Shown: piece by piece, positions 1 to 15,224 of the stretch
Layout of the letters: every line of letters begins with the position of its first letter
How positions within the stretch are numbered: position 1 is the first letter of the stretch
Source of the DNA: Chrysomallon squamiferum
Lineage: Eukaryota; Animalia; Mollusca
Direction: 5' to 3'
DNA: 64,000 nucleotides
Assembly: GCA_012295275.1 (NCBI GenBank)
Contig: CM022675.1
Coordinates: forward strand, 4,836,001 to 4,900,000
The notes under the pieces: generated by a model
The model's input: only the letters and a program-made list of their open reading frames with translations
What the model was told of the DNA's origin: nothing
Databases searched by the model: none
Translations under genes and position numbers: made by a program

Positions 1-306
1 AAACTAAAACATTTAGTAAACGTTCATTTAATCTACTGTAATATTGTTTTCTTTTATTATTATTATTATTACTGATATCATCATTATCATCAGCCTCATC
101 ACCATTATTGTTGTTGTTGTTATTATCACTATCTTTCTTGTTTGGTTGGAAAACTGATGATTATAAAAAGCAGTAAGTCAGTTTTCCGTCTTAGTTATCA
201 GTATGTATTCTTACGCTTTCACAAAATATTACATAGATTAGAACTTGTCGCTTTTGTCTTTCTTTTTCATGTTGGAAATATCTATACTGAAGCTATTTTA
301 CTAGTC

Positions 307-647
<341 letters not shown>

Positions 648-671
648 CAATTAATTTCTATAATTTTGTAG

Positions 672-771
672 TACTTGCTGGTGGTGGTGTTGCTGCTGTT
701 GTAGCAGTTTTGCTTGTCGTAGTAATGGTTTTAATATGGACAAAACGGTACGTTTTTTTTTTTTTTTTTTC

Positions 772-839
<68 letters not shown>

Positions 840-1383
840 GTCATTAATAATTATATAATATGATGAAATATTCGACCGAAATAGAAGCATGTTGATATGT
901 ATGTACATATTATGTAGACATGTGCTTTGTACATATATGTAGTATATAATTGTTTCGTGTGTGTTTGTGTGTGTGTATTCCAGATCCAGTCGACTTTGTT
1001 TTGAATTTGAACCAGAAAATGAAGAAAACCACAGCGTGTATTACAACGTGCCTCATGTTGGTACCAACGTGGAACACAGAAATGTTAAAGCACTTCCCAA
1101 TAACAGATCTACTGCTGACAACCACGATGGAGACTACGCCACAGCGGATATCAAAATTGCAACTACTACAACATCTGAAGTGGACCGTCACGGAGACCAC
1201 GACAGCACAGACACATCAAACACGACAACTCGTACATCTAACATCTACAACAACATTGCTGGGGACGACGACAATTACTACGAAACCTACGATAAGGAAA
1301 ACGTAACAACTACGTCTGATGTCTACAGCCAGCTTGGTTTCGACAATGACGGTGACTACGACAGCATAAGCAATCTCCGATAA
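672..1383 (+). CDS. Receptor copy A, last two exons (TM + Tyr-rich cytoplasmic tail); upstream exons lie outside the window
   Basis: Exon 9 at 672-747 (ttgtag|TA...CG|gtacg) encodes LAGGGVAAVVAVLLVVVMVLIWTKR. Exon 10 at 984-1383 (ttccag|A) encodes SSRLCFEFEPEN..SVYYNV..NIYNNI..DVYSQLGFDNDGDYDSISNLR*. It is the inverted near-copy of copy F exons 9-10. Confidence 0.8.
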
Positions 1384-2435
1384 CGTCCAAAACGACACCA
1401 ACAGCGACAACGTTTCTGAAGGCAGTGGAAATGTTTATTTTGTTCTGGAAAATTCTGATTGAAAAGAATCTCAGTAGTAACTCGATCGATTTTTGAAATC
1501 CATGTAAACAGTGTCTCATCCACCAGTTTTTATGTTTTACTTCTTTTTCCTTTTTATAAAATCGAACCACTTCTTTATTGTAATTGACATCGTTGTTGTT
1601 ATTATTATTATAATTATTATTATTACTATTACTATTATTATTATTACTATTATTATTATTACTAATATTATTATTACTATTATTATTATTATTACTATTA
1701 TTATTATGATTATTATATTATTATTAATGTTATGACTATTATTATTATTATTTCTATTTTTATTATTACTATTACTATTATTATTTGTATTATTACTATT
1801 ATTACTATTATTATTATTATTAGTATTACTATTATTGTTATTATTATTACTATTACTGTTATGACTATTATTATTATTACTATTATTATTATTATTATTA
1901 TTACTATTATTAGTATTAGTATTGAGATTACTATTATTACTAAAAACCCATGTTAACAGTATCTCATGTCACAGTTTATTTTTTCTTTTGTTTTTTGATG
2001 TTATTTATTTCATTTTGTTGTTGTTGTTGTTGATATATGTTTTTATTTTTTAAAACAATGTTAGCATTATCTGATACGAGATTTTATTATTATTATTATT
2101 ATTAATATTACTATTATCATCATTATTATTGTTTTTATTATTACTATTACTGTTATTATTGTAATTATTATTATTATTATTACTATTACTGTTATTATTG
2201 TAATTATTATTATTATTATTATTATTATTTAAACCGTATTAAGTGTGCTTAATACCTTATTGCTTTTTTTTATTTTTAATTAAGTTTTGTTTTCTTATTT
2301 TGTTATTTTTTTGTTTCTTTATTTCTTTATTTTAATGTTGTTGTTTGTTTATTTGTTTAAATTTTTTAAATCCATTTTAGCAGTATCTCATACCACATTT
2401 TATTAATATTATTATTACTACTACTGTTGTTGTTG

Positions 2436-2482
<47 letters not shown>

Positions 2483-3984
2483 TATCCCGTATTAACAGTG
2501 CTTCAAAACATTTTTTTTTTTTAGTTTTTAATACATTTTTTGTTATTTATTTATTTAAATGTTGTTGTTGTAGTTGTTATTGTTGTTGTTTAAAACCCGA
2601 TGTTAATAGTGTCTAACACCGCTTTTATTGTTTGCATTATTTGTATTATTATTTTTACGCAGTATTTTATATTTATACTTTATCCTAACATCTTATTGAA
2701 ATTTTCAACATTGCGATTTCTTTTTTACTTTATTTCTGTGTTATATGAAATTTGTTCTTACACTAACATTTTAAGTATTAATCTGAACTGATGTAAAATT
2801 TGTCTCTTGAAGGAAATGTTTTCTCAAATCAGCGTTAACAGTGTCTCATACCACCTTTTTGTTTCTATTGTTATCATTTGTTATTTTTATTATTTATATA
2901 TGTTTGTTTGTTTATTATGATTTTTTCTTATTGTTATAAAAGGATAAGGAAACTTTATTCCAAATTCCGAAAGCCTCAATTCCAATTGGGATGCGTCACA
3001 GTTTCCAACAGATGTAGCAATCACAAACCTTACACAAATTTATTACAAATACTATATTATATAAAATACCTGAAGACAATCTGTGTATCTGTGCATGTGT
3101 ATGTTTGTCTGTGTGTGTCTCTAAGTGTTTGTATATATAGTAAAATAATAAATGAAAAACATTACAGTTGAAAAGAATATATATCTTTATATTACATTAT
3201 TTTATATTATATACCTATTCTATATAATCAGCTAAGTATATTTTAATAGTTTATTTTAATAATTATTCATATACGTTTTGCATTATCAGTTTCGAACTCA
3301 AAGTCTGTTTTATACTAACATGATTCACAGACTGTGTGTTGGAGGACTTCAGTACAAAATCTGTGTAGGTTTTGAGAAATTTATTTATTTCTTATTCTCG
3401 AAAAAGAGAAAAATCTACGTGATTTCAGTTTCTCAGCTGTTGTTGTAAGCGAAACTGGTGCGGGGGTGGAAATGTTTCACATTTTAGAAGTTGATTTTCA
3501 AGAACCGAGATTTACTACAGCTTTGTTTGTTTGTTTGTTTGTTTCTTACTCTTGTTGTTTTCAGAAAATAAATTCAGGTCCAGTCATTTCAAGCTGTACT
3601 AACAACCTCCATTCAATGAAGTCAGACCTGAAAAGTGACGTGCTCTCTAAACGAGAGAAACAGAACTGAAACTTAGTATAATGTAATATTTTTATTTAAT
3701 TGTTTTTGTGAGACAATTGTTTTAGATATCTCACGATATGGGGATCATTGCTTCTGAGGCTTGACAGACTGGGTCCATCAGGAAAAACAGTCTGAAGTTT
3801 CAGTTAATTGCTTTTTTGTTATTATTAACATTAATGTATGGACAAATTTGGTCTATTTCAAATTGTAAGGAGTTTTCTTAATTCTTAATATGTGATACCA
3901 GTAATAATTACAATAATCAGAGTAGTGATAGTAGTAGTAGTAATAATAATATTAGTGTTAGTAGTAGTTGTAGTACTAGTAGTT

Positions 3985-4016
<32 letters not shown>

Positions 4017-4937
4017 TGTAGTAGTAGTAGTGGTAGTAATGGGTTGAAATGCAAGCCTCCTTTTGTGCCGTGGACGTTTGTAAATATTGATTTTTATTTG
4101 ATTATTAACAAAGGTTGGGCCCCACTATTAATACAATTACTTTGATATTTACAAAACAGAATTAGGCAATATCGACGTGCTCGCTAAATGTATTTTGGAT
4201 TTTAGTTCAAATCATCACAAGAATTATTATTTTTTATTATTATTGTTATTCTTTTCACTATACGGTCTCAGTTCCACACATTTTGTGGCTGTTTGCGCGA
4301 ATTCTTCATGCAGAACAAAGCCAAATACACGCAAGTCACAGATCCTGTTGATCTGAAGCGTCACCAGCACAACCAGCAGGTTATCAGCAATGTACGGAAG
4401 TAGCTATGAATTGTGGGAATGCTGCTAATTGCTTATTGTTTGATGGCTGATAATGACAAAGCTGCTTGTGTTATTCTTCTTTTTCCTTCACCCCTCCTGG
4501 GAAAAGAAATAACACTTCCATATAAATGTAGCTAAGCATATACAAATGTGTTAGCATACAGATGTTCAGATATACCCACATATATGAAGATGCAAATACA
4601 CAGACGCACACACAAACATACCTGTACATACTTACACACAGGTATATAGAGAACTGTAGTTTCCAGATCATACTTTGACCTCTCCAGTCACTAGATTAAT
4701 TAATTGTTTATTATTATTATTTTAATTAAGCGGAAACTAGCAGTTGTTTTAAAAACATGTTTTCATATATCTTTTCGAAATACTTTATATAATTGTTTTT
4801 AGTTATGAGTTTCAGGTATCTTTACGCAAAATGCCAGTACAGTTTGAAAATGCCTTGAAATAATTGTATCTAGTTTTGGTTTTTTCTTTTCAGGTTGCAA
4901 ATTGTTTCCATTTTATGATTATTATTATTATTATTAT

Positions 4938-4982
<45 letters not shown>

Positions 4983-5225
4983 GAGTAGTAGTAGTAGTAG
5001 TAGCAGTAGTAGTAGTAGTAGTATCTTTTTGTTCAGTATTAGTTTTTTTTTTTTCTTTTTCGTTTTTTTGGGGGGATATACAATGTCATTTTTTATTTCT
5101 GGTAAAATATGAGTGTGTACTTTAATTTGGAAATCAGTTTAAAAGAGGGAAATCATTGAATGCAGAGTTTTTTGTTGTTAAATCAGAGAACTGTTATTGT
5201 TCTTGTAATTCTTCTTCTTCTTCTT

Positions 5226-5256
<31 letters not shown>

Positions 5257-5673
5257 TTATTCTTATTATTATTATCACATTTAAAGTAATGTTGTTTGGA
5301 ATGTTGCCTTTGCACTTGTTTGATTTGACTGTTTTGCAAACGTTTTTAAATTTCTTTCCCTTCTTTTCCTCTTTTAGAATGACAACCATATTGTCTGTCT
5401 GTCTGCCTGTCTGTCTGTTGTCTGTATATATCTACCTGTCTATCCTTCCATCTATCACTTGCCTATCTATCTATATATGAAACTTTCTCCTTGTTACCTG
5501 AATGTATAAAATATTTTGTCTGATAAAGTTATGTATGGAATATTGAAAAATGAAAGTTTTGTGTTCCAGGTTTTATTTAGTTTGTTTTCTTGAATTATTT
5601 AACAGAAATTATGGCTTAGTTTAAAAATTAATTCATCTATACTCTTTTTTTTTCAAATTATAATTGTATTCAC

Positions 5674-5737
<64 letters not shown>

Positions 5738-5868
5738 AAAATATTTATAGGTTTTGTTTTGTTTCTGTTAATTTTCTACAAGTCTTAATGTGATGAGAAA
5801 AAGAAGTAGAGAGGGGAGGGAAAGAAAAATAGATGAAGAAAGTGCCTGAGAAAGATAACGTATATATA

Positions 5869-6015
<147 letters not shown>

Positions 6016-6056
6016 TATGACTTTTTTATTTCAATTAATTTATGTAATTTGCTTCA

Positions 6057-6680
6057 CTTGCTGGTGGTGGTGTTGCTGCTGTTGTAGTAGTGTTGATTTT
6101 ACTGCGGACTAGACGGTAAGTTATAATCATAATAAAATAATTAATAGCTGAATAAAATGATGAAATATTCGACCGAAATAGAAGCATGTTGATATGTATG
6201 TATATATTATGTAGACATGTGCTTTGTACATACATGTAGTATATAATTGTTTTGTGTGTGTTTGTGTGCGTGTATTCCAGAACCAGTCGACTTTGTTTTA
6301 AATCTGAACCAGAAAATGAAGAAAACCACAACGTTTATTACAACGTCCCTCATGTTGGTACCAACGTGGAACACAGAAATGTTAAAGCACTTCCCAATAA
6401 CAGATCTACTGCTGACAACAACGATGGAGACTATGCCACAGCGGATATCAAAACTGCAACTACTACAACGTCTGAAGTTGACCGTCACGGAGACCACGAC
6501 AGCACAGACACATCAATCACGACAACTCGTACATCTAACATCTACAACAACATTGCTGGGGACGACGAAAATTACTACGAAACCTACGATAAGGAAAACG
6601 TAACAACTACGTCTGATGTCTACAGCCAGCTTGGTTTCGACAATGACGGTGACTACGACGGCATAAGCAATCTCCGATAA
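6057..6680 (+). pseudogene. Orphan TM + cytoplasmic-tail module A2 (no ectodomain exons)
   Basis: Shortened TM LAGGGVAAVVVVLILLRTRR ends in an intact donor (cg|gtaag, ~6115) but has no AG acceptor. Tail exon 6281-6680 has an intact acceptor and an open frame. Confidence 0.7.
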
Positions 6681-7454
6681 CGTCCAAAACGGCACCAACA
6701 GCGACAACGTTTCTGAAGGCAGTGGAAATGTTTATTTTGTTCTGGAAAATTCTGATTGAAAAGAATCTCAGTAGTAACTCGATCGATTTTTGAAATCCAT
6801 GTAAACAGTGTCTCATCCACCAGTTTTTATGTTTTACTTCTTTTTCCTTTTTATAAAATCGAACCACTTCTTTATTGTAATTGACATCGTTGTTGTTATT
6901 ATTATTATAATTATTATTATTACTATTACTATTATTATTATTACTATTATTATTATTACTAATATTATTATTACTATTATTATTATTATTACTATTATTA
7001 TTATGATTATTATATTATTATTAATGTTATGACTATTATTATTATTATTTCTATTTTTATTATTACGATTACTATTATTATTTGTATTATTACTATTATT
7101 ACTATTATTATTATTATTATTATTACTATTATTACTATTATTATTATTATTATTATTACTATTATTAGTATTAGTATTGAGATTACTATTATTACTAAAA
7201 CCCATGTTAACAGTATCTCATGTCACAGTTTATTTTTTCTTTTGTTTTGATGTTATTTATTTCATTTTGTTGTTGTTGTTGTTGATATATGTTTTTATTT
7301 TTAAAACAATGTTAGCATTATCTGATACGAGATTTTATTATTATTATTATTATTAATATTACTATTATCATCATTATTATTATTTTTTATTATTACTATT
7401 ACTGTTATTATTGTAATTATTATTATTATTATTACTATTACTGTTATTATTGTA

Positions 7455-7499
<45 letters not shown>

Positions 7500-7706
7500 T
7501 AAACCGTATTAAGTGTGCTTAATACCTTATTGCTTTTTTTTATTTTTAATTAAGTTTTGTTTTCTTATTTTGTTATTTTTTTTGTTTCTTTATTTCTTTA
7601 TTTTAATGTTGTTGTTTGTTTATTTGTTTTAAATTTTTAAATCCATTTTAGCAGTATCTCATACCACATTTTATTAATATTATTATTACTACTACTGTTG
7701 TTGTTG

Positions 7707-7753
<47 letters not shown>

Positions 7754-9460
7754 TATCCCGTATTAACAGTGCTTCAAAACATTTTTTTTTTTCAGTTTTT
7801 AATACATTTTTTGTTATTTATTTATTTAAATGTTGTTGTTGTAGTTGTTATTGTTGTTGTTTAAAACCCGATGTTAATAGTGTCTAACACCGCTTTTATT
7901 GTTTGCATTATTTGTATTATTATTTTTTACGCAGTATTTTATATTTATACTTTATCCTAACATCTTATTGAAATTTTCAACATTGCGATTTCTTTTTTAC
8001 TTTATTTCTGTGTTATATGAAATTTGTTCTTACACTAACATTTTAAGTATTAATCTGAACTGATGTAAAATTTGTCTCTTGAAGGAAATGTTTTCTCAAA
8101 TCAGCGTTAACAGTGTCTCATACCACCTTTTTTTTTTCTATTGTTATCATTTGTTATTTTTATTATTTATATATGTTTGTTTGTTTATTATGATTTTTTT
8201 CTTATTGTTATAAAAGGATAAGGAAACTTTATTCCAAATTCCGAAAGCCTCAATTCCAATTGGGATGCGTCACAGTTTCCAACAGATGTAGCAATCACAA
8301 ACCTTACACAAATTTATTACAAATACTCTATTATATAAAATACCTGAAGACAATACATTAATGTATGGACAAATTTGGTCTATTTCAAATTGTAAGGAGT
8401 TTTCTTAATTCTTAATATGTGATACCAGTAATAATTACAATAATCAGAGTAGTGATAGTAGTAGTAGTAATAATAATATTAGTGTTAGTAGTAGTTGTAG
8501 TACTAGTAGTTGTAGTAGTAGTAGTAGTAGTAGTAGTAGTTGTAGTAGTAGTAGTGGTAGTAATGGGTTGAAATGCAAGCCTCCTTTTGTGCCGTGGACG
8601 TTTGTAAATATTGATTTTTATTTGATTATTAACAAAGGTTGGGCCCCACTATTAATACAATTACTTTGATATTTACAAAACAGAATTAGGCAATATCGAC
8701 GTGCTCGCTAAATGTATTTTGGATTTTAGTTCAAATCATCACAAGAATTATTATTTTTTATTATTATTGTTATTCTTTTCACTATACGGTCTCAGTTCCA
8801 CACATTTTGTGGCTGTTTGCGCGAATTCTTCATGCAGAACAAAGCCAAATACACGCAAGTCACAGATCCTGTTGATCTGAAGCGTCACCAGCACAACCAG
8901 CAGGTTATCAGCAATGTACGGAAGTAGCTATGAATTGTGGGAATGCTGCTAATTGCTTATTGTTTGATGGCTGATAATGACAAAGCTGCTTGTGTTATTC
9001 TTCTTTTTCCTTCACCCCTCCTGGGAAAAGAAATAACACTTCCATATAAATGTAGCTAAGCATATACAAATGTGTTAGCATACAGATGTTCAGATATACC
9101 CACATATATGAAGATGCAAATACACAGACGCACACACAAACATACCTGTACATACTTACACACAGGTATATAGAGAACTGTAGTTTCCAGATCATACTTT
9201 GACCTCTCCAGTCACTAGATTAATTAATTGTTTATTATTATTATTTTAATTAAGCGGAAACTAGCAGTTGTTTTAAAAACATGTTTTCATATATCTTTTC
9301 GAAATACTTTATATAATTGTTTTTAGTTGGCGAGTTTCAGGTATCTTTACGCAAAATGCCAGTACAGTTTGAAAATGCCTTGAAATAATTGTATCTAGTT
9401 TTGGTTTTCTTTTCAGGTTGCAAATTGTTTCCATTTTATGATTATTATTATTATTATTAT

Positions 9461-9505
<45 letters not shown>

Positions 9506-9745
9506 GAGTAGTAGTAGTAGTAGTAGCAGTAGTAGTAGTAGTAGTATCTTTTGTTCAGTATTAGTTTTCTTTTTCTTTTTCGTTTTTTTGGGGGGATATA
9601 CAATGTCATTTTTTATTTCTGGTAAAATATGAGTGTGTACTTTAATTTGGAAATCAGTTTAAAAGAGGGAAATCATTGAATGCAGAGTTTTTTGTTGTTA
9701 AATCAGAGAACTGTTATTGTTCTTGTAATTCTTCTTCTTCTTCTT

Positions 9746-9776
<31 letters not shown>

Positions 9777-10197
9777 TTATTCTTATTATTATTATCACAT
9801 TTAAAGTAATGTTGTTTGGAATGTTGCCTTTGCACTTGTTTGATTTGACTGTTTTGCAAACGTTTTTAAATTTCTTTCCCTTCTTTTCCTCTTTTAGAAT
9901 GACAACCATATTGTCTGTCTGTCTGCCTGTCTGTCTGTTGTCTGTATATATCTACCTGTCTATCCTTCCATCTATCACTTGCCTATCTATCTATATATGA
10001 AACTTTCTCCTTGTTACCTGAATGTATAAAATATTTTTGTCTGATAAAGTTATGTATGGAATATTGAAAAATGAAAGTTTTGTGTTCCAGGTTTTATTTA
10101 GTTTGTTTTCTTGAATTATTTAACAGAAATTATGGCTTAGTTTAAAAATTAATTCATCTATACTCTTTTTTTTTTTTCAAATTATAATTGTATTCAC

Positions 10198-10261
<64 letters not shown>

Positions 10262-10399
10262 AAAATATTTATAGGTTTTGTTTTGTTTCTGTTAATTTTC
10301 TACAAGTCTTAATGTGATGAGAAAAGAAGTAGAGAGGGAGGGAAAGGAAAAAATAGATGAAGAAAGTGCCTGAGAAAGATAACGTATATATATTATGAG

Positions 10400-10545
<146 letters not shown>

Positions 10546-10586
10546 CATGACTTTTTTATTTCAATTAATTTATGTAATTTGCTTCA

Positions 10587-11209
10587 CTTGCTGGTGGTGG
10601 TGTTGCTGCTGTTGTAGTAGTGTTGATTTTACTGCGGACTAGACGGTAAGTTATAATCATAATAAAATAATTAATAGCTGAATAAAATGATGAAATATTC
10701 GACCGAAATAGAAGCATGTTGATATGTATGTATATATTATGTAGACATGTGCTTTGTACATACATGTAGTATATAATTGTTTTTGTGTGTTTGTGTGCGT
10801 GTATTCCAGAACCAGTCGACTTTGTTTTAAATCTGAACCAGAAAATGAAGAAAACCACAACGTTTATTACAACGTCCCTCATGTTGGTACCAACGTGGAA
10901 CACAGAAATGTTAAAGCACTTCCCAATAACAGATCTACTGCTGACAACAACGATGGAGACTATGCCACAGCGGATATCAAAACTGCAACTACTACAACGT
11001 CTGAAGTTGACCGTCACGGAGACCACGACAGCACAGACACATCAAACACGACAACTCGTACATCTAACATCTACAACAACATTGCTGGGGACGACGAAAA
11101 TTACTACGAAACCTACGATAAGGAAAACGTAACAACTACGTCTGATGTCTACAGCCAGCTTGGTTTCGACAATGACGGTGACTACGACGGCATAAGCAAT
11201 CTCCGATAA
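10587..11209 (+). pseudogene. Orphan TM + cytoplasmic-tail module A3
   Basis: Near-identical to A2; tail exon 10810-11209 is open. Confidence 0.7.
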
Positions 11210-11927
11210 CGTCCAAAACGGCACCAACAGCGACAACGTTTCTGAAGGCAGTGGAAATGTTTATTTTGTTCTGGAAAATTCTGATTGAAAAGAATCTCAG
11301 TAGTAACTCGATCGATTTTTGAAATCCATGTAAACAATGTCTCATCCACCAGTTTTTATGTTTTACTTCTTTTTCCTTTTTATAAAATCGAACCACTTCT
11401 TTATTGTAATTGACATCGTTGTTGTTATTATTATTATAATTATTATTATTACTATTACTATTATTATTATTACTATTATTATTATTACTAATATTATTAT
11501 TACTATTACTATTATTATTATGATTATTATATTATTATTAATGTTATGACTATTATTATTATTATTTCTATTTTTATTATTACGATTACTATTATTATTT
11601 GTATTATTACTATTATTACTATTATTATTATTATTATTATTACTATTATTAGTATTAGTATTGAGATTACTATTATTACTAAAAACCCATGTTAACAGTA
11701 TCTCATGTCACAGTTTATTTTTTCTTTTGTTTTTTGATGTTATTTATTTCATTTTGTTGTTGTTGTTGTTGATATATGTTTTTATTTTTTAAAACAATGT
11801 TAGCATTATCTGATACGAGATTTTATTATTATTATTATTAATATTACTATTATCATCATTATTATTATTTGTATTATTACTATTACTGTTATTATTGTAA
11901 TTATTATTATTATTATTATTATTATTA

Positions 11928-11959
<32 letters not shown>

Positions 11960-13713
11960 TATCCTGTATTAAAAGTGCTTCATAAAATTTTTTGTTTTAG
12001 TTTTTAATTAATTTTTTGTTATTTATTTATTTAAATGTTGTTGTTGTAGTTGTTATTGTTGTTGTTTAAAACCCGATGTTAATAGTGTCTAACACTGCTT
12101 TTATAGTTTGCATTATTTGTATTATTATTTTTACGTAGTATTTTATAGTTATACTTTATCCCAACATGTTATTGAACTTTTCTTCATTGCGATTTATTTT
12201 TTACTTTATTTCTGAGTTATGTGAAATCTGTTCTTACACTAGCATTTTAAGTATTAATCTGCATTGATGCAAAGTTTGTCTCTTGAAGGAAATGTTTTCT
12301 CAAATCAGCGTTAACAGTGTCTCATACCACCTTTTTTTTTCTATTGTTATCATTTGTTATTTTTATTATTTATATATGTTTGTTTGTTTATTATGATTTT
12401 TTCTTATTGTTATAAAAGGATAAGGAAACTTTATTCCAAATTCCGAAAGCCTCAATTCCAATTGGGATGCGTCACAGTTTCCAACAGATGTAGCAATCAC
12501 AAACCTTACACAAATTTATTACAAAAACTATATTATATAAAATACCTGAAGACAATCTGTGTATCTGTGCATGTGTATGTTTGTCTGTGTGTGTCTCTAA
12601 GTGTTTGTATATATAGTAAAATAATAAATGAAAAACATTACAGTTGAAAAGAATATATATCTTTATATTACATTATTTTATATTATATACCTATTCTATA
12701 TAATCAGCTAAGTATATTTTAATAGTTTATTTTAATAATTATTCATATACGTTTTGCATTATCAGTTTCGAACTCAAAGTCTGTTTTATACTAACATTTT
12801 TTCTATTGACTAACTTTATTGATATACAGCTAACCTGGTTACTATTCAAATGGATAATCCGGTATATTTCTTGTTCTATTTGACATTTTAACGATTGATT
12901 TACTTTCTGTTTGAATAAAACTTGGATAACTGGAAAATCTGAAGTCTTATCTTTGTGTTTATTGCACAAGTGTTACTTTCTAGTGTGAAGAAAAGGTTTA
13001 ATCTCAGTTGAAGGTACACTAGGATAGCGGCCATTTTGTTCTGTTTCTCTGAACGGGTATCACTAACATCGTTCATACACTACTTGTTACGTTCTCGAGG
13101 TTTTGTCTACGAGTTTTCTTCATGTAAACAGCCTCGACAAAACACAAATCAAATATCTTAGTTTCATTTCTTTGTCCAGTATAAAAGGTTTTGTCACACA
13201 CACAAATACACGCACACGCACACGGTGTCTTTCTAGAGGTATATTCGTGTTTATGTGGTTTATATTATTTTACATTTCAGCATCTGAACATTCTAAAAGT
13301 TGATTTTCAAGAACCTAGGTTTACCACAGCTTTGTTTTTGTTTTTCACAAAATAAATTCAGGTCCAAACATTTCTAGCTGCATTCACTGAAGTCAGACTT
13401 TGAGAGGGACGAGCTCTCTAAGTGAGGGAAATACAACTGTGAAACTTAGTGTAATGTAATATATTAATTTTATTTTAACTGTTTTTGTGAGACAATTGTT
13501 CTTGATATTTCACCATATTGGCATGATTGCTTTTGAGGCTTCACAGACTGGGTCCATCAGAAAAAAACGAAAAAAAAAAAAACAGTCTGAAGTTTCAGTT
13601 AATTGATTACAACAAAAAACAGCAAAGTTTAACTAACACAGTGACTGTCATCTCAAACCATTATTATCAGTCACATATTTCTCACAGATCAAATATATTT
13701 AATTGTAAATTTA

Positions 13714-13776
<63 letters not shown>

Positions 13777-14749
13777 AAGAAGAAGCAGAAAAATGAAAAT
13801 GACAACGATGATGATGATGATAACAATAACAACGTATTAGTGACATTAATAACAATGGGAGGGAAAAAGAAAGAACAAGAAAGATAAAATGTCACATTAA
13901 CACACAGGAGATATTATTATGACGTAGGTGACAACCATATTATGTAACTGTGTGTGTGTGTGTATTCTCCGCTATTTGTCGATCTGCGCTATTTTAAGAC
14001 TGCGCTGCGCATTCTAATGATCGGTAAAACTCGCGATATTCTCGAGATCACTTCGAGTCAGACCAGCTACACTCGTGCTAAGAGTTAAACTGCATGTTTC
14101 ACTAGAGACTGCACATCATTATTAAATAAAATAAACAGTGAAAACCTAAACTGGAAAATTTTATTTTTATTTGTGACATCCTGTGAATTTGAAGTGCATA
14201 TTTTTCAAAATTAAACTAATATAAAACGTGTGGCCTAATGTACATTGACCTGTAAATTGAATACAAACACATTTTGTGTCTAAAATGAAGGATATTTAAA
14301 GATAATGTCACAGGATATAACTAAATAAATAACTTAAAAACCCCAAAATATGTAAAATTCAAAGTTCAGAACATCAGTTTTAAAACTAATGACAAGTTTC
14401 TACTGAGATTTTGCAATATATTATTTATCATAAATTTAGTTCTAAAACGTGGTGAGAACAAAAATGTGACAAAACACGTTGCTATCTCATTACTACCTGG
14501 GAGACCTGACATTCGTCAACTTCAAAGTTTCTAGTTTAACAAAGTGAAACAAGTAATAATAGTAGTATGTAGTATGACTGAAATCACTAAATATAAACAA
14601 CAGAAGCGACTTTATTTTGTAATAAACAATCTTCAAATGAAAATCACAGAACAGGCAAGCAGAATTATACACTGAATGAATTTACAGTATTTATCTGCAG
14701 ACAAATATTGCTTTTATTTACCTGTACGATACAGAATTTTAAAAATACA

Positions 14750-14960
14750 TTAACTACATTACAGGTAGACCTTAGACAGCTGTGAAGATAATCTAAATTA
14801 ATTACAGCTGTTTGTTTAATTAGTATTAACATTCTCTGTATGACTGAGTGTTATAAAACTGAGATATACTACTTGTGTAATAGTCTGTCCCAGTTAATAC
14901 CCCACCCAGATTTTTATGTTTCAAAATCATTCTGTCAGAAAAACAACTGCTTTCCATTAT
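14750..14960 (+). promoter_or_regulatory. Highly conserved non-coding block upstream of receptor exon 1 (copy B instance)
   Basis: Near-identical reverse-complement copies at ~28748-28950, 38005-38205, 46843-47050 and 55225-55410, each ~0.9-1.6 kb 5' of an ATG. Regulatory function is inferred. Confidence 0.45.
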
Positions 14961-15224
14961 TTATATTGCACAGATCTTCAGTCATTGGAAATTAGTGATA
15001 AAATGATATGTTTGTAACCAACCAACACTACATAAGTGCTTGAAATTTACAAACTTAATTGTTTTAAAACAAATATGACAGGTGAAAAGGTGCTGCTTTT
15101 TTGTTTGTTTTGTGGGGTTTTATACAAAATGTCTTGTACTTATCAGCTTTGCAAAAAACTGAAGTAGACACTGGTTTTGAATCTAATATTGTCTGTTCTC
15201 TTTGTAAACTTATGTGGTCAGCCT

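Noticed and set aside
910-1570. Antisense and alternate-frame ORFs overlapping the tail exon in every copy
   Set aside because: Shadow frames of the real exon; they recur only because the DNA is duplicated.
4272-4403. Possible exon FHTFCGCLREFFMQNK.. in the A2/A3 repeat unit
   Set aside because: Short, with no recognisable homology and no partner exons.
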